The notes under the pieces are model-generated. The model had not been told where the DNA came from, ran no database searches, and was given only the letters and a program-made list of their open reading frames with translations. From the human T2T-CHM13v2.0 reference genome, Homo sapiens, in the NCBI RefSeq assembly GCF_009914755.1, contig NC_060927.1: a stretch of 64,000 nt of DNA; one strand, written 5' to 3'. How positions within the stretch are numbered: the stretch's first letter is position 1; each line of letters opens with the position of its first letter. The position numbers and the translations under genes are program-made. Positions 39,838-55,300 of the stretch are shown one piece after another.

Positions 39838-40229
39838 CCCTGTTCTGAAACTCGATTATCTTATCAAGACTGGATAGATGTCTGGTGCTTCTTAATAAAA
39901 GTGTTGAAAGTTTCCACAGTGAATTTGTTTGCTGGTCAAAAAATAGGCTCATACTGCAATGGGTGGAAACTTTCAAGTGGGGACAGTTAGAAAAGGAAGT
40001 CATAATTTTTGAGCTGTAAGAGAAAATTTTTTACGAGACCCTCAAGAACTCAATTTCTTGCTTTTTGTATGACAATGTAATGTTTCACATACTTAATGAC
40101 TGCATGACATGTACTACAAGATTCTGTTTTTTCTTTATGTGATTCCACCTATTAAAAAAGCCACCAGAGCCTATCTAATGCTTGGAATACTGTTTCAAAC
40201 TTTTAAATGATAGAGAGTGCTACAGCAAC

Positions 40230-40787
40230 TTTCTCCGATAGAAGTATAATGAAGCTACATGTGTAAATTTAAGTTTTCTAGTAGCTGTATTTAAAAAGTC
40301 AAAAGAAACAGGTGAAATTAATTTTAATAATACATTTTATTTACCCACTGTATCCATAGTATTATCACTTCAATATGTAATCATATATCATGATTCAGAT
40401 ACCTTATCAATATATCATAATGTAAAAGGTATTATTTTATATTTTTATACTAAATATTATATATTTAATTATATATTTAATAAATACTATAGTTTTTATA
40501 CTAAATCTTCAAAATCTGGTATTTTGTACCTAAGGAAAACTCAATTTAGATGCTAAAGTTTTATGAGAAATCCTTAATCTGTACTTAGATTTCATAAAAT
40601 TTACTGTTGAAAAAGTTGATTCATGTTTCCAAGTTGTTCCAGACACAGTTAAAATAATTTTTGTGTGTAAGTTAATTAAAATTAAATAATATTAAAAATT
40701 CAGTTTCTTAATTATGCTAACGAATTATTGTTGTTTTGAGTAAACAACAGCCACCTGTGGCTAGTAGCTACCTCATTAGAAGCACAG
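40230..40787. mobile_element. MER33/Charlie5-family DNA transposon
   Basis: ttttctagtagc...aaagaaacaggtgaaattaattttaataat at the start and agccacctgtggctagtagctacc at the end. Confidence 0.8.
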
Positions 40788-42516
40788 GTTTACATCAATG
40801 AATCCTTTTCATCTTTGAGCCACCATAGATCTCACTGGAGATGGATTTATTTTAAAAGATTAAAACTTTTGGCAGAATGAGGCTTGAGAATTTTTTTGAT
40901 TACTTCGTATCATCCCTCCACTTGAAACAAACCACCATCACCAACAACAAAGCTAAGGTCATGACATAATTTGGGGTGGTCATTTCTGTCCTTCCATCAG
41001 CTAACAGCAAGAAGGGAAGGAGAAGGGGAAGGGAGGAATTGTGCTCTGAGCCATGCTGAGAGGACAGCAGGGAAGCCAGAGCAGGAGCCCAGAGGAAACC
41101 TGCTCGCTCACCAGGTCTCCTCTCTGGCCATGGTCTTCTAGTCTCCTCCCTCATCTTGCCTCCCAATCACTGCAAACAGCCTTGCAGCAACTTACATCTC
41201 TGCAATTTCCTTGAGAGTCTTTTGGGAAAGGGTAGAGGTTTTCAAGAAAATTAGAAAACATTGCATATGCCTGTGGAAATTATTATATTAGTTATCCCTG
41301 GTAGGGTTTTTCTCTTTCCATTTTTTTTTTTAATTGAAGGGAGAGCCTGAACTGGCTCTGGGCTGGAGTTCCAGCTCCCTTTCTTCCCACCTGCATTGCC
41401 CCATGCCAGAAAACACAGCTCACTTTCCCTATCAGTGAAACATGGTTTTGATGAAGGTTAAGTAAGTTGGTATTTAAAACATCTAGAAGCATGTCTGATG
41501 AATGGAAAGCTCTCAAGAAACAGTAGAGTTTATTATTATTGTTTTACACTATGGATTCCTATAAAGTTTTTCAGCAGAGAACTGTATAACTACTATATAT
41601 AAAATATGAATATTTTAAGCACAGCACATCCCACAGTGCACAAGGGACTGAATGTCTTTTATAATTTGGCAAAAAGCATTTATTTTTAAATAAACCAATA
41701 TTGGGCTTTTTAAAATATGAATGTGCCTCACAGCACCATTCTAGTTTTATCCTGAAGAGGTGTATATATTACTTGCAGAACTTCTTTCAAAATCATACTG
41801 TTTGAGTCATTCTGTTGGTACTTATTAAAAATTAATGTGGCCCCCTGCATTGCAAAAGAAAAAACATGATTTTTTCCAGTGGTCACTCATCTGCTTTTCT
41901 CTATTAGCTTATGCTTTTTTCCTTATTTTTTAGCCCATTTCTCCTCTCCTCAGCTCACCAGCACCTTATGATATGATAGTCCTCAGTCTGTGGCTCAGAG
42001 GGGACATCAGAGGCCAAACGTCCATGAGTTTAAGAAAATGTGCAACAATCTACACCTTGTCCATCCTCCCCCATAACCCATTGCCACTGGTTTTGAAAGG
42101 AATTTCAAAAGGTGAAGGCCTATGACTAAGCAATCATTTCCTCCCAGTTTATCATCTCAGATCGGTTGACTGTTGCTGCTTTGGGACTAATAAGATCAGT
42201 GACCTTAAAAACCAGCATCCAGGAGATCAAAACTGAGCCAGGACACCAAGAGAACAATGAATGATTTGCTTATGTAATGCTGATGAAATCATCACTGTGG
42301 TGGGTATGCACCATTATGTGAATTTATGTCATCTGTAAGTGATCAGGTTAGCTAGAAGGTGGGCATCACCATGTTATGTGATATGTACGGCATGCCATTA
42401 TAGATTATACTTTGGGGCAAGATCCTGAGATACTTAATGGATATTTAGTTGCAATGAGCTTTCTATAGATTTGTCAGAGTTCCAGAAAAGTGGAACCGGA
42501 AATGCTATATTAAAGG

Positions 42517-42740
42517 CAATGGTGGTATGGTAGAAAAAGAATCTTAGAAAATCCAAGTTTGTGTCCTATCCTCCCACATACTAGTGGACCATTTTACTCC
42601 ATTGGAGCCTCTATTTCTTCACATGTGAATGAGCATCAAAATAGCTATACCATGGTGTTTGTGTGAGGATTAAACAAGATAATAAATGTGGTTTTCTAGG
42701 ACTGTTCTTAAGCTTCAGTGTTCGGTTACTATTCATTTCA
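42517..42740 (+). mobile_element. MIR
   Basis: ggtatggtagaaaaag...gagcctctatttcttcacatgtgaa...gtgtgaggattaaacaagataat. Confidence 0.65.
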
Positions 42741-42859
42741 AATTTATGTAATTTTATTTAACCAGATGAGAAAATGTTCATAATTTATTGTTAAATAAAA
42801 ACAGTATATTACCATATTCAAAAATTATGTAAATTTTGTAATCAACTAGTCACATCATT

Positions 42860-44288
<1,429 letters not shown>

Positions 44289-44603
44289 TTTTTTATTTTA
44301 TTTTATTTGAGATAGGGTCTCTCTTGGTTGCCTAGGCTGGAGTGCAGCCTAAGCAACAGAGACAGTGCACACGATTATAGCTCATTGGAGCCTTGACCTC
44401 CTGGGCTCAAGGGATCCTCCCACTTCAGCCTCCCAAGTAGCTGGGAGTACAGGCTCATGCCACCACACCCAGCCAATTTTTAAAATTTTTTGTAAAGACA
44501 GGGTCTCACTATGTTGCCCAGGCTGGTCTCTAACTCCTGGGCTCCAGTGATCCTCTCACCTCAGCCTCCCAAAGTGTTGGGATTACAGGCGTGAGCCACT
44601 GCA
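44289..44603 (-). mobile_element. AluJ with a small fold-back insertion
   Basis: (TTTTA)n tail, gccttgacctcctgggctcaag, gacagggtctcactatgttgccc. Confidence 0.92.
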
Positions 44604-44619
44604 ATGAATGAATTATTTG

Positions 44620-44730
44620 TCTATATTTATTCAACAAATATTATTAACCCCTCACCCTGTGCCAAACGTTGTTCTAGGAACTTAAAATACAATTGTAAAA
44701 AAACTAGACAAGAATACTGTTCTCATAGAG
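44620..44730 (-). mobile_element. L2 3' end fragment
   Basis: atttattcaacaaatatt...ctgtgccaaacgttgttctagg...ctcatagagcttata. Confidence 0.7.
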
Positions 44731-44732
44731 CT

Positions 44733-44810
44733 TATATCTGTATCTATAGCTCTATATCCATCTATATCTATATATCAACATCTATATGCACATCTACATA
44801 TATCTATCTA
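44733..44810. repeat. Degenerate (TCTATA)n
   Basis: Directly visible. Confidence 0.75.
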
Positions 44811-45074
44811 AGACTGAAAAGTGTACAGTGAAAGGATTATGGCTGATTTTTCATTATTGATGCTCTTCTATACATTCTAAATTTTCTAAAAGCGTAATTT
44901 TTAAAATTTCTAGAATGACGTGATTATTATTGTAATGAGAAACAATTGTGTAAATAGGAATGAGGAGTGAAGCAACAGTTAAATGCAAGAGAAAACTTTG
45001 ACATCTATACTGTGCTCATGTGAACTTGATCAACATCTGATTAAGTATCACAACTGTATATCACTGCTGTTGTT

Positions 45075-45350
45075 GAGGCAGTGTGGCATTGAATTGAAGA
45101 GCAGGATTGCTGCAGACAAATTGCCTGGGTTTTAATTGTTTACAGTTACATGACCTTACTTAGGCTATCTAGCTCAGTTTCCTCATCTGAAAATTGGAAA
45201 TAATAATAGTATTGTTATTACTAATACTAGTTCATTGGTTGATGTGAGGATGAATTGAGTAAATACATGTAAGATGCTTAGAACAGTGTGGGACACAGAA
45301 CTGATAATCAATGATAAGTACTATTATTGTTTTTATTGCTATTATAGTTA
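45075..45350 (+). mobile_element. MIR
   Basis: gaggcagtgtggcattg...ctcagtttcctcatctgaaaattggaaataataatagt...gcttagaacagtg. Confidence 0.8.
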
Positions 45351-46066
45351 TCTTTATTATTATTGAGTGAAAAGAAGGGAAAGTTGTATTCTCTAGACCA
45401 TTACACTTAATTATGAATCTACTGGCTCCTGGAAAAAAATACTGTTTATAATTTTATTCTCATATACAAATTTGAATAAGTTATCTAAAGTATGGTCTTC
45501 TATTGGTAAATTCATTAGGAATTAAACAACAATTCTGAGAACAGAAGCAGTCAACCCTGATGAGCCCAGCTCAGTTCTCGGAACTTTCTGAGGCATTGTC
45601 TGTGGCAGCAGGTTTTCTGGCCATGTGGAGAAGGGAGTCAGGATGCTGCCTCCAGAGCTGCCACAGAAAGAGCAGCGGAAATGGCTTAGTGTGATTGGCA
45701 CTCCAGTGTGAATGCCTGGGTGCCCAATGGGAAGTTAATTATATTAAAGCTAAAGAAACCATTACATTGCCTCAGAAAAATAATTAGTTTCACCCCAGAT
45801 CACATTTGAAATTAATGACATTATTGTGTATTAGGTAAATACATATAATTCTTTGCAAAGCATATTCAAATGCCATAGTTTGACAAGTGGTTATGCCTTA
45901 TTACATCTAACCTTGAAGGTTTTAGTATTTTGGTTAGTCATTTATTTATTCATTTGTTTTTGCTACTCTGACTGTATGTCCAGCCAAAATGGATTATGTT
46001 ATTAATTGAAAATATTTTAATTGAGCATTTATCGTACTCATTCACAAATAATCCAATTAAATCTGA

Positions 46067-46426
<360 letters not shown>

Positions 46427-47147
46427 TCAGCAATCTTATTTATTATAGTTAGGGATGTTTACAAGGCGACTACATAAAATGGTGCAGAATCTCAGATTAA
46501 CCCAACCCATTTTCTCCCAAACTGATGACTAGAAAGCTCTAAGACAAACTCCATGATGCTGGATCATACCATTTCCACTGTAGCCACTAAACGTTAGTGA
46601 CAAATAAGTTCAGTGCTATGATTTAGGTGTGTTGTGCTTATGTACTTGATAATTGAACAACCTTTATTTCCTCTATTCCACACAATACTTGGCACTTTCT
46701 CAAAAATCTTTCAGTCACTACTACTCAATTCTTGTCATATCAAGAGAGACTGCCAGGGTAGGGTGGCATGCCAAGGAGGGCATGGGATTATCAACCTGAA
46801 GGAAGTTCCAGAGGTAATCTGTCCCATTCCTCTGGATTCAGACTGAATTGTAGAATTAAGAGTACAGATTTGCATAGACCTTTACTCTCTCAGAGCAATT
46901 GAGATATATCTATGATAAATGAGGTTTATTTGAACACTAGGGTAAAGTGATTAGTTCTAGTTAAGATCAGTCCATTTTTCATGTCAGAAATTCTCTCTTC
47001 AGACCTCAGCTAAGCATGAAACCAAGTCCTTTGATGAATATCAAATGATGATCAGCTCATAACAACATATATTAGCAATTACTCTGAAGGAGGTGTCCCT
47101 CACACAGCAATGGAGATGCCTCTGTGTGGTTTAAAACTGCAACACAA

Positions 47148-47514
<367 letters not shown>

Positions 47515-47774
47515 TCAAAAATCAATCTCATTAAAAGTACTTGTACACTTATTTTCAGGGAAAAAGTGGCAGAGGGAGGTCCTAGGAGAGATGACATCCA
47601 GGAAAAAGGTAATAGCAAAGCTAAATATCAAACACAACCCGTTACTAGTGAAGATGTGGATTGTCATCTCCAGAAACGAAGTCTAGCATAGGTATTTGAG
47701 GGACTTAGATCCAAGCTGGGGAAAGGAAAGAGGAAATTTAGTTTTTCTAGGTGTTTTTTGTGCCAGAGACAGAA

Positions 47775-48010
47775 CAGGGCTTAAGAGTTGGTCTTTGGAC
47801 TAACTTGGCATGGTTTAAAACCTTGTTCTAACTCTTACTCACTGTGTAACCCCAGTCAATTTGCTTGACCTCTTGGTTTCTCATTTTAAAAATGGGAAAA
47901 ATGGAGATGCTGGTAGTAATAGTACCTACCTCATAAGGTGGTTGAGATATTTAATGACGGAACATGTGTAAGTTGCCTGGTAAATAGATAACTGTCAATA
48001 GTGTTAATTT
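47775..48010 (+). mobile_element. MIR
   Basis: taatagtacctacctcataaggtggttgag. Confidence 0.7.
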
Positions 48011-48989
48011 CTATTTTCTGTATGGCGTAGACGTGCAAGAGGCTCATCTTCCTCTTGACTAAGGAGAATGCTAATTGCCACTGAACTTCTCTTTAGCCTC
48101 ATAGAATGTTAACATTAATAAGGCATTATAGTGCCTCCAAATTCTCCTAGCTTGTTGCACCCCCTTTCCAGTGTTTGCTCTTATACACCAGTATTTTTCA
48201 CAGTTGTAATCATGGTGATTGCACGCTTTCATATTCATATACTTTCTTATCATTTACCTTTGCGTCTAGGCTCCTGCTGGGCTGTGTGTTGTGCTCTTTT
48301 GTCTGTAGTGATTTGGGGACAAATCAAACCCTTTTGTCTGGAAGTCCTGAGCCTCTTCATCTTGAATTTTTGCTTGCTATTGCTCATTATCTTGCAAAGC
48401 ATTTGGTCCTGGCTTCAGCCTTTCCAAAATGAATTCAAATAAACAAGATTCTAAACTCCAGGAGTTTACAGCCTCATACAATCCAAATGGATGCAGATCA
48501 GACATAATCAAGGCAAACAGGTTTTTAAAAATTGCAGAAATGAAATTGTCAGACTGCAGAAGTCTAAGAGGTAAAGACTGTGGCTTGCAGGGGTGGGCTC
48601 ACTGTTTAGAAAGAATGGGACCTGAAGGAAAATGTTCTTCTCCTCAGCCTTTATCTTTTCTCCTACACTTGGCCCTTACACATAAAAATTAATGAAAGAA
48701 AGTAGAAGTTTTGGCCCTCAAAAAGTTGATAAAAATTATTATAACTAATGCACAAATATCACAATATGTGCAATATGAATGCAATCTGGCATTTTCATGA
48801 CTACTGAAGATGGGAAATGGCAAACTGATGGTTTGCAGTTTCTTTTTTGAAACTGTATGTTCACTCCTTCTCTCCGGTAGAGTTTAAAACAAATGATGGG
48901 ATGAAAAAAGAGTGAACTTTGAATAACTGAACATATGGAAGGCTGGTGCTAGAAAATAGTGAAGCAAGAAAATCTGGAATCATGCATTA

Positions 48990-49120
48990 TATGGCCATTT
49001 GTCATCTGTCTCCTCCACTGGAACTGTTAAGGACATTGTTTGCTTTGTTTATCACTGTGCCCCTGGCTCCTAGAAGAGGACTGGGCCATACTAAGTGCTC
49101 AATAATCATTTGTTAAGGAA
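48990..49120 (+). mobile_element. L2 3' end fragment
   Basis: tctgtctcctccactgga...aagtgctcaataatcatttgttaaggaatga. Confidence 0.65.
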
Positions 49121-49764
49121 TGAGAAAATAGAGGACAGAATTTTGACCCCTAAGCTTGTGGGGCTTGATAAAGTCAGGCGTGATGGCCCCCACTGAAAAG
49201 GTAGCCATAGCGTGGAGCTCCCAGCTCCCAGCCACCATGATACCCTTTAAGGTCATTTGAGGGATAACCAAATCAGGAATTGAGAATTTCCTGCATCCCA
49301 TCCCTTTAAGACAAGGATAATTCTCCAGCCTGCAGCAAAGACTGCTGCATCACCACCTAAGCCATGTTTAGAGCAATAATTTGTAATCATTATCCAGTTC
49401 ATAGGGGAATCCAGTATCTCTGCATCTTAATTTTGTCTTAATAACATTCAAACAGGGAAACCACTTTGCTCAACAGTGACCTGTCACGCAGTTATAGGTT
49501 ACATATGTCTTATTTTAAAGGACTGCTGCATTTAAATTTAAACCACGTAGCTCCCAAGAATAATATTAGCTGCTGAGAATAGGCATAAAGTTAACAGAAG
49601 GAAAAGACCTGGTCCCGGGACTATTGCAAAAAACCTGCACTAAAAGCAGAAAGTCATAATATTGTCAAAATGGCTAATCTAGTACCTGGGCAGGTTGATT
49701 AGATCCTTGAATTTGAATGGAAAATTTCAGAGAGTTTTGTAGTTCATAAAAGTCCTTTGCATGA

Positions 49765-50131
<367 letters not shown>

Positions 50132-50722
50132 GAGTAATCTATTTTAACACACATCCTTTATTCACAGAAAAACCTGTTTGGAGAATATGAAAAAGCAATC
50201 TCCCTCTATCCTTCCAACCAAAAATTGATAATTCAAAAATTGCAGCTGGTACTGTTTTAGTAGCTGGCAATTTTGAGGAGACTTTTCATTTTTCTTAACA
50301 AATTGCCAAATGGAAATGGCTATAGCAGCAACATTGTGCAGGACTGAGAGGGGCCCAGTGTTTAACCCCTTTTCTTTCCCCTTCTCCCTGCCTTGCATGC
50401 TGCAGGCAAATAAGCCAGAAATGCAAAGGAACTCTGTCACAAATTCATTTACAAAGCAAAGAGATCTTTTCTTTTTTTCTATTTCTGAAATCGGAAGATA
50501 TTTTAAAAAATACACAAGACAAAAATTTGAGGTTGCAGAATTTCCCTACAGGATCTCCTTCCCTATCCCAAACTCCAAACAAACAATGTCCCCTTTCCTC
50601 CTCAAAGCTGCTTTCAGGGTTTTGTTTGTATATATGTTTGATTTTATGCAATTAAACCTAAATCCTGTTTGTGAAATGAAAGGCTCTAGGATGTGCAGTT
50701 ATCACAGAAAAGATGGAATGGA

Positions 50723-50912
50723 TAAGGTTGCCAAATTTAGCAAATAAAAATACAGAATGCCCAGTTAAATTTGGATTTCAGATAAACCGTGAATAATTTT
50801 CCAGTGTGTCTTCCATGCAATACATTGGGCATACTTATATTAAAAAATGTATCCGTGATTGATCTGAAATTCAAATTTAACTGGGCATTCTGTATTTTAT
50901 CTGGCAAACCTG
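50723..50912 (-). mobile_element. MER53 palindromic hAT MITE
   Basis: aaaatacagaatgcccagttaaatttggatttcagat ... atctgaaattcaaatttaactgggcattctgtatttt inverted arms; ggttgcca / tggcaaacc termini. Confidence 0.85.
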
Positions 50913-51088
50913 GGAGGGCTGGGAGGTGGCATTCTGAGTAGGGAGCAGTTCTCTGTGCCCCCAAAATCTCAACGAATGCATCTGTGCATAAAGCTCACCT
51001 GGTGATCCGTTCAAAGGGGATGATGAGCAACAGTTTCACTCTTTGTCACTGTTGTTTAGAGGAAGTTTCACTCTTTGTTTTCTTAATG

Positions 51089-51203
51089 TTTTTTAGAGAC
51101 AGGGTCTCTCTCTGTTGCCCAGGCTGTAGTGTAGGTGCAATCATAGCTCACTGCAGCCTCAAACTCCTGGGCTTAAGCAATTCCCTCACCTTGGCCTCTC
51201 AAA
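51089..51203 (-). mobile_element. AluJ/FRAM fragment
   Basis: gagacagggtctctctctgttgcccaggctg...atcatagctcactgcagcctcaaactcctgggct. Confidence 0.85.
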
Positions 51204-51584
51204 ACATCACCCTTTGTTGTTATTTTCAACTGTTATTTGCAAATAAAGCTTGCCTTGGAATAGCAGCATGGTAGAATGGCATCAATGTGCCTGGGATATA
51301 ACTCCAACTCTGACATTTATTAATAAGTGTGACCTCAGACTCATTCATATTTAGTACCAGAGATGATATATACCTGTTCTGAATACTTCCCAAGTTGAAG
51401 TAAGTATTAAAAGGTAAAATAAAGTTACTAACACAGTGCCCCGTGTACAAGATGACCACTCAATGTTATTCCATCTCCTGCAACGCTTTGTCCCTTAGTA
51501 AAGGAAATGCTGAAATAATTATAGCCCCAAGCTCCTTGGTAAAGCATGGATGCATAGGTTTTGGCTATTGCTCTTTCTTTGCTT

Positions 51585-52130
51585 GTTTCTTTAATACGTT
51601 CATTGATATATAATTTGTATGTGGTAAAAGGCACAAATCTTCAATGTACAACTTGTTAGTTTTTCATATGCTCATGTAACCACAGGCAGGTCAAGATCTA
51701 GAACATTTCCACCCCCACCCACTGCCTCCCTAGAAGATTTTCTCATATCTGTTCCCAGTCAATATCACCTCTCCATAGGTAACCACTATTCTGATTTCTT
51801 TTACCATAAATTCATTTTCCCTGTGCTTAAAATTCACAGAAGTGGAATTTTTCAGAATGTATCATTTTAAGTCTGGCTTCTATCATATATTTGAAATTCA
51901 TCCATGTTTTCATGTATACTAGTAGTTTGATCTTTTTCATTCCGGTATGATATTCCATTGTACGAATATACCACAGTTTATCCATTTTATTGTTGATGAA
52001 CATTAGTGATGTTTCCAGTTTGGGGTTATTATAAATAAAGCCATCATGAACATTCTTGTATGTATCTTTCTGTAAGCATATGTATTCGTTTCTCTTAGAT
52101 ATATAGAAATAGCTTGACTGGGTCATAGAG
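51585..52130 (-). mobile_element. Old L1M (L1MB/ME-like) 3' end
   Basis: ggtaaccactattctgattt...gatattccattgtacgaatataccacagtttatccatt...tttccagtttggggttatta. Confidence 0.85.
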
Positions 52131-53355
52131 TTCTCACTCTCTCCAACCCCAGGTGGATCAAAAGCACACAGTTTGCGTAGCAAAGTTGCAAATATGTTTT
52201 TTAAAGGGGAGAGAAGCAGCAAAATAAGAAAGGAAAAAAGGAAGGAACTGCTAGCCTATCTCCCTCACCAAACCTCACATACCACTGTAGGAAAGTCTCC
52301 TGAATTTAGGGGAAGAGATTCTTTGACACAGTTCAGAAAACAGAATCCAAGAGAATCTTGGGCCTTATATACTTAGCCACATATAAATGATGTACTTAAG
52401 CTTAAACAAATGTCACTTAAGAAAACTGTAGTTTCTTCTAACATAAAATGCATGTTCCAATCTTGTCATTTGTTTATCTTACACCAATCTTAATGATACT
52501 TTTGTGAATTCTTAATTTGCTCCAACTGTCACATCATGGAGATTAGTTCTGAGACATAAAAAATACTTCCCAAACAAGTCAGTTTTTAAAAGCCAAAGAT
52601 ACACTAAATGTCATTAACGTTGCTTCCATTTTAGAAAGAAATAGAAGACTAAATTTCATGCACAATAAAATGTTCATAAAAAGGGACAATATAATGCTTT
52701 CACTTTCCACCCTCTGGACAGTTTGTGCCTTCTGCTGCAATTTCCCAGTATAGGTCTAAAATTCTCCCTCTTGTGTTATGACAGTGAATACAGCTACATT
52801 TTGACACTAGGATAAGAGAGGAGTTGAGCTTCAACTGGATCACTGCATGCAAACATGCTCCTCTGATGTCAGCACTAAAACATACAGGTCTGGGCATTCT
52901 ATTGTTGAAGCTACTCAGGGAAGGAGGTTTATGGGACAAAGTAAGGGAGAAGCAGCAGAGCCAACCAAAGCAAGAGCTCTTTCAGATAAAGTGCCAAAAA
53001 GTTAAAAATGTGGTTGTAAAGTACAATCACTTATAAAATAATGTGAAATGTATTATCCTGCCTGAAATTTTTTTAGCACTAAGTGAAATAATCCATAATA
53101 CCAAAAGTCCAGTGCCAGGATTATAAAATTAAGCCTTCAGAGAACATGTTTATAATGCCCCAGGACACTAAGAGGGATGAGGGTTCTGATGTGGCATTTG
53201 TTCATTCAAAAACACATCTTAATGCAAACTGATGTATGAGACTGAATCAGGTCACTGGAAAGGGAAGGGGATATGATACAAAAGAAGTCAAAGGGTTGGC
53301 TCCTGAGCTCCACAATGGAGGAATTAAAGCCCTCCCTGGATTGTATCTCTCCCAC

Positions 53356-53836
53356 TGTTGTGCCGAACTTCTGTTAAACTCAATAGGGAAGGCACAGGTT
53401 AAAGAGGCCAAAGAGACCCAGAACCAGCAAAGGAGACGTGGGGTTTTATTAAGGGCTCACATACAGGGGAGAGATTCCGTGGTGGCAGGCTGGGTAGGAG
53501 AACCGCCTTACACATGGAAACGATCCAGTGGCGGCAGGCGGCACAGGAAAACTGCAATGGCTTGTGAACATCATGCAGTTCATATAGCCTTCTCACTCAA
53601 CAACCTCCACCTGGCATCCTTCATTTAACCCAAACTCAAGGCCTCAATTCCTTGGATGGTCCTGTGTTCCATGGTACAAACCAGGGGCTCAGATGTTTAT
53701 CATAGATAAGGAATGAATCTCAGCATTGGCCACTTCCAGATTTTCCAGCATGGAACACACATTGAGAAGTATCTGCCATACAGAGTCATTCTAAGGATAT
53801 GCTTAGATTATTGTTTTTAGGTGTCTTTCCCCTACA
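53356..53836 (-). mobile_element. Solo ERV LTR (MER66-like)
   Basis: TG...CA termini, 5-bp TSD cccac on both sides, AATAAA on the minus strand at ~53445; minus-strand start tgtaggggaaagacacct...aagcatatccttagaatgactctgtatggcag. Confidence 0.8.
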
Positions 53837-53879
53837 CCCACCATCTGCCCTCAAGGGGTCAAGGAAATTGCTTAGAGAA

Positions 53880-54030
53880 CAGTGTGGGCTTGGGAGGCAG
53901 TGGGCCTAGGTTCAAATCTTAAACTTGTCACCAGCTCTGTGACCTTGTGAATATTAACCTCTTGAGCTTCAGTTTTCTTATGTGAAAAAGAAGCTACCAC
54001 AGGGTTATTGGGAGGGTAAAGTCAAACAGC
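53880..54030 (+). mobile_element. MIR
   Basis: cctaggttcaaatc...ctgtgaccttg...gagcttcagttttcttatgtgaaaa. Confidence 0.7.
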
Positions 54031-54889
54031 AAAAAGTTCAACAAATGTTTGCTTCTAACATCCCCAGCCTTCCCCTGTTCTATTTTTTCTGCTGAAATAC
54101 CCTGAGCAGGCCAGTGCATCATTTCTTCCTCTTGAAATTGTCTTGACTGCTGATATCGTTTTTTCACTTCCTGAGACATGATTCTATTTAGAGAAAAATA
54201 GGATACTGCAGACTAGGGTCTAAAACAGGTTTTGAAAAATTACAGAAATGCAATCTTAAAGGAGGGGGCTCAGGGTACATTTTTTTCATGTGAAAAAGAA
54301 ACCAGAGGAATTGGGGCTTGAATGTACTGCAGTGATCATCAATTTTAGTAAAAACCAATTAAATCTCCCCCTCAGTTTTTCAGTATTTTGCATATAAAAA
54401 TACTCGGTATAGCCAATAGATGTTGAAATGAATTACAATGGTCAGTCTAACTCTGCATGTAATATAAGCAGAGCCCAAGCTAATTTTCCTCACAAAAACT
54501 ACTTTAACAACCAGAAGGCAATAAAATGAGGATTATGAATCCATAAATCTTTGCTCGTTACAGAATACTGAAAATGGTTCCAAACTAATTTTATTGTAGC
54601 AAACTGTTGATAAAACCTTGTGACTGGTTTATTTTTTTGTTCATTATAAGCAAATAGTCATCAGCCGTCGCCCGAGACCACATGTGCAGTTACAGATTAA
54701 TTACTTGCAGCGTCTCTGGTTTAGAGGACCTTACTGGTCTCAGGCAAACCAGAGACTTAAAATTATTTATTAAATAATACAATGTGAAAAGGGAGATTGG
54801 ATACAACATACTGTGCAACACAGAAGCAAATTAGGCAGAGAGGAATTTCCTCACGGAGAAAATAAAATTCTGAGAGTAATACATTGAAT

Positions 54890-55300
54890 AGTAGGATATG
54901 GTGTGGTTAAGGGCGTGGCTTTGGCCTTAGCACTGTGGCCTTGGGTAAGTTACTTAATATCTCTATCCCTCAGTGAACTCAGTTGTAAAATGAGGATGAT
55001 AATATTATTCACCTCATAGGGTTGTTTTCAGGATTAAGTTTAAAACAGTGGTTCTCAAATTTAAGCCTGCATCAGAATCACCTGGAAGCCTTGTTAAGAC
55101 AGATTGCTGGGCCCCACCCTGGAGATTCTGATTCAATAGGTCTAGTGTGGACTGTAGAATTTGCTTTTCTAGCAAGCTCCCAGGTAATACTGATGATGCT
55201 GGTGGACAGGGTGCTACACTTTGAGAACCACTGAATTGTACAAGTGTGGAGTCTGAACAACTCTGGCACATGGCAAACACTCAGTAGGTGTGAGCTATCA
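54890..55300 (+). mobile_element. MIR interrupted by MER5A
   Basis: gtggccttgggtaagttacttaa...tgtaaaatgaggatgataat...cctcatagggttgtt, resumes after 55233. Confidence 0.75.
55046..55233. mobile_element. MER5A
   Basis: Perfect 14-bp TIRs cagtggttctcaaa / tttgagaaccactg and gcatcagaatcacctgg interior. Confidence 0.9.
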
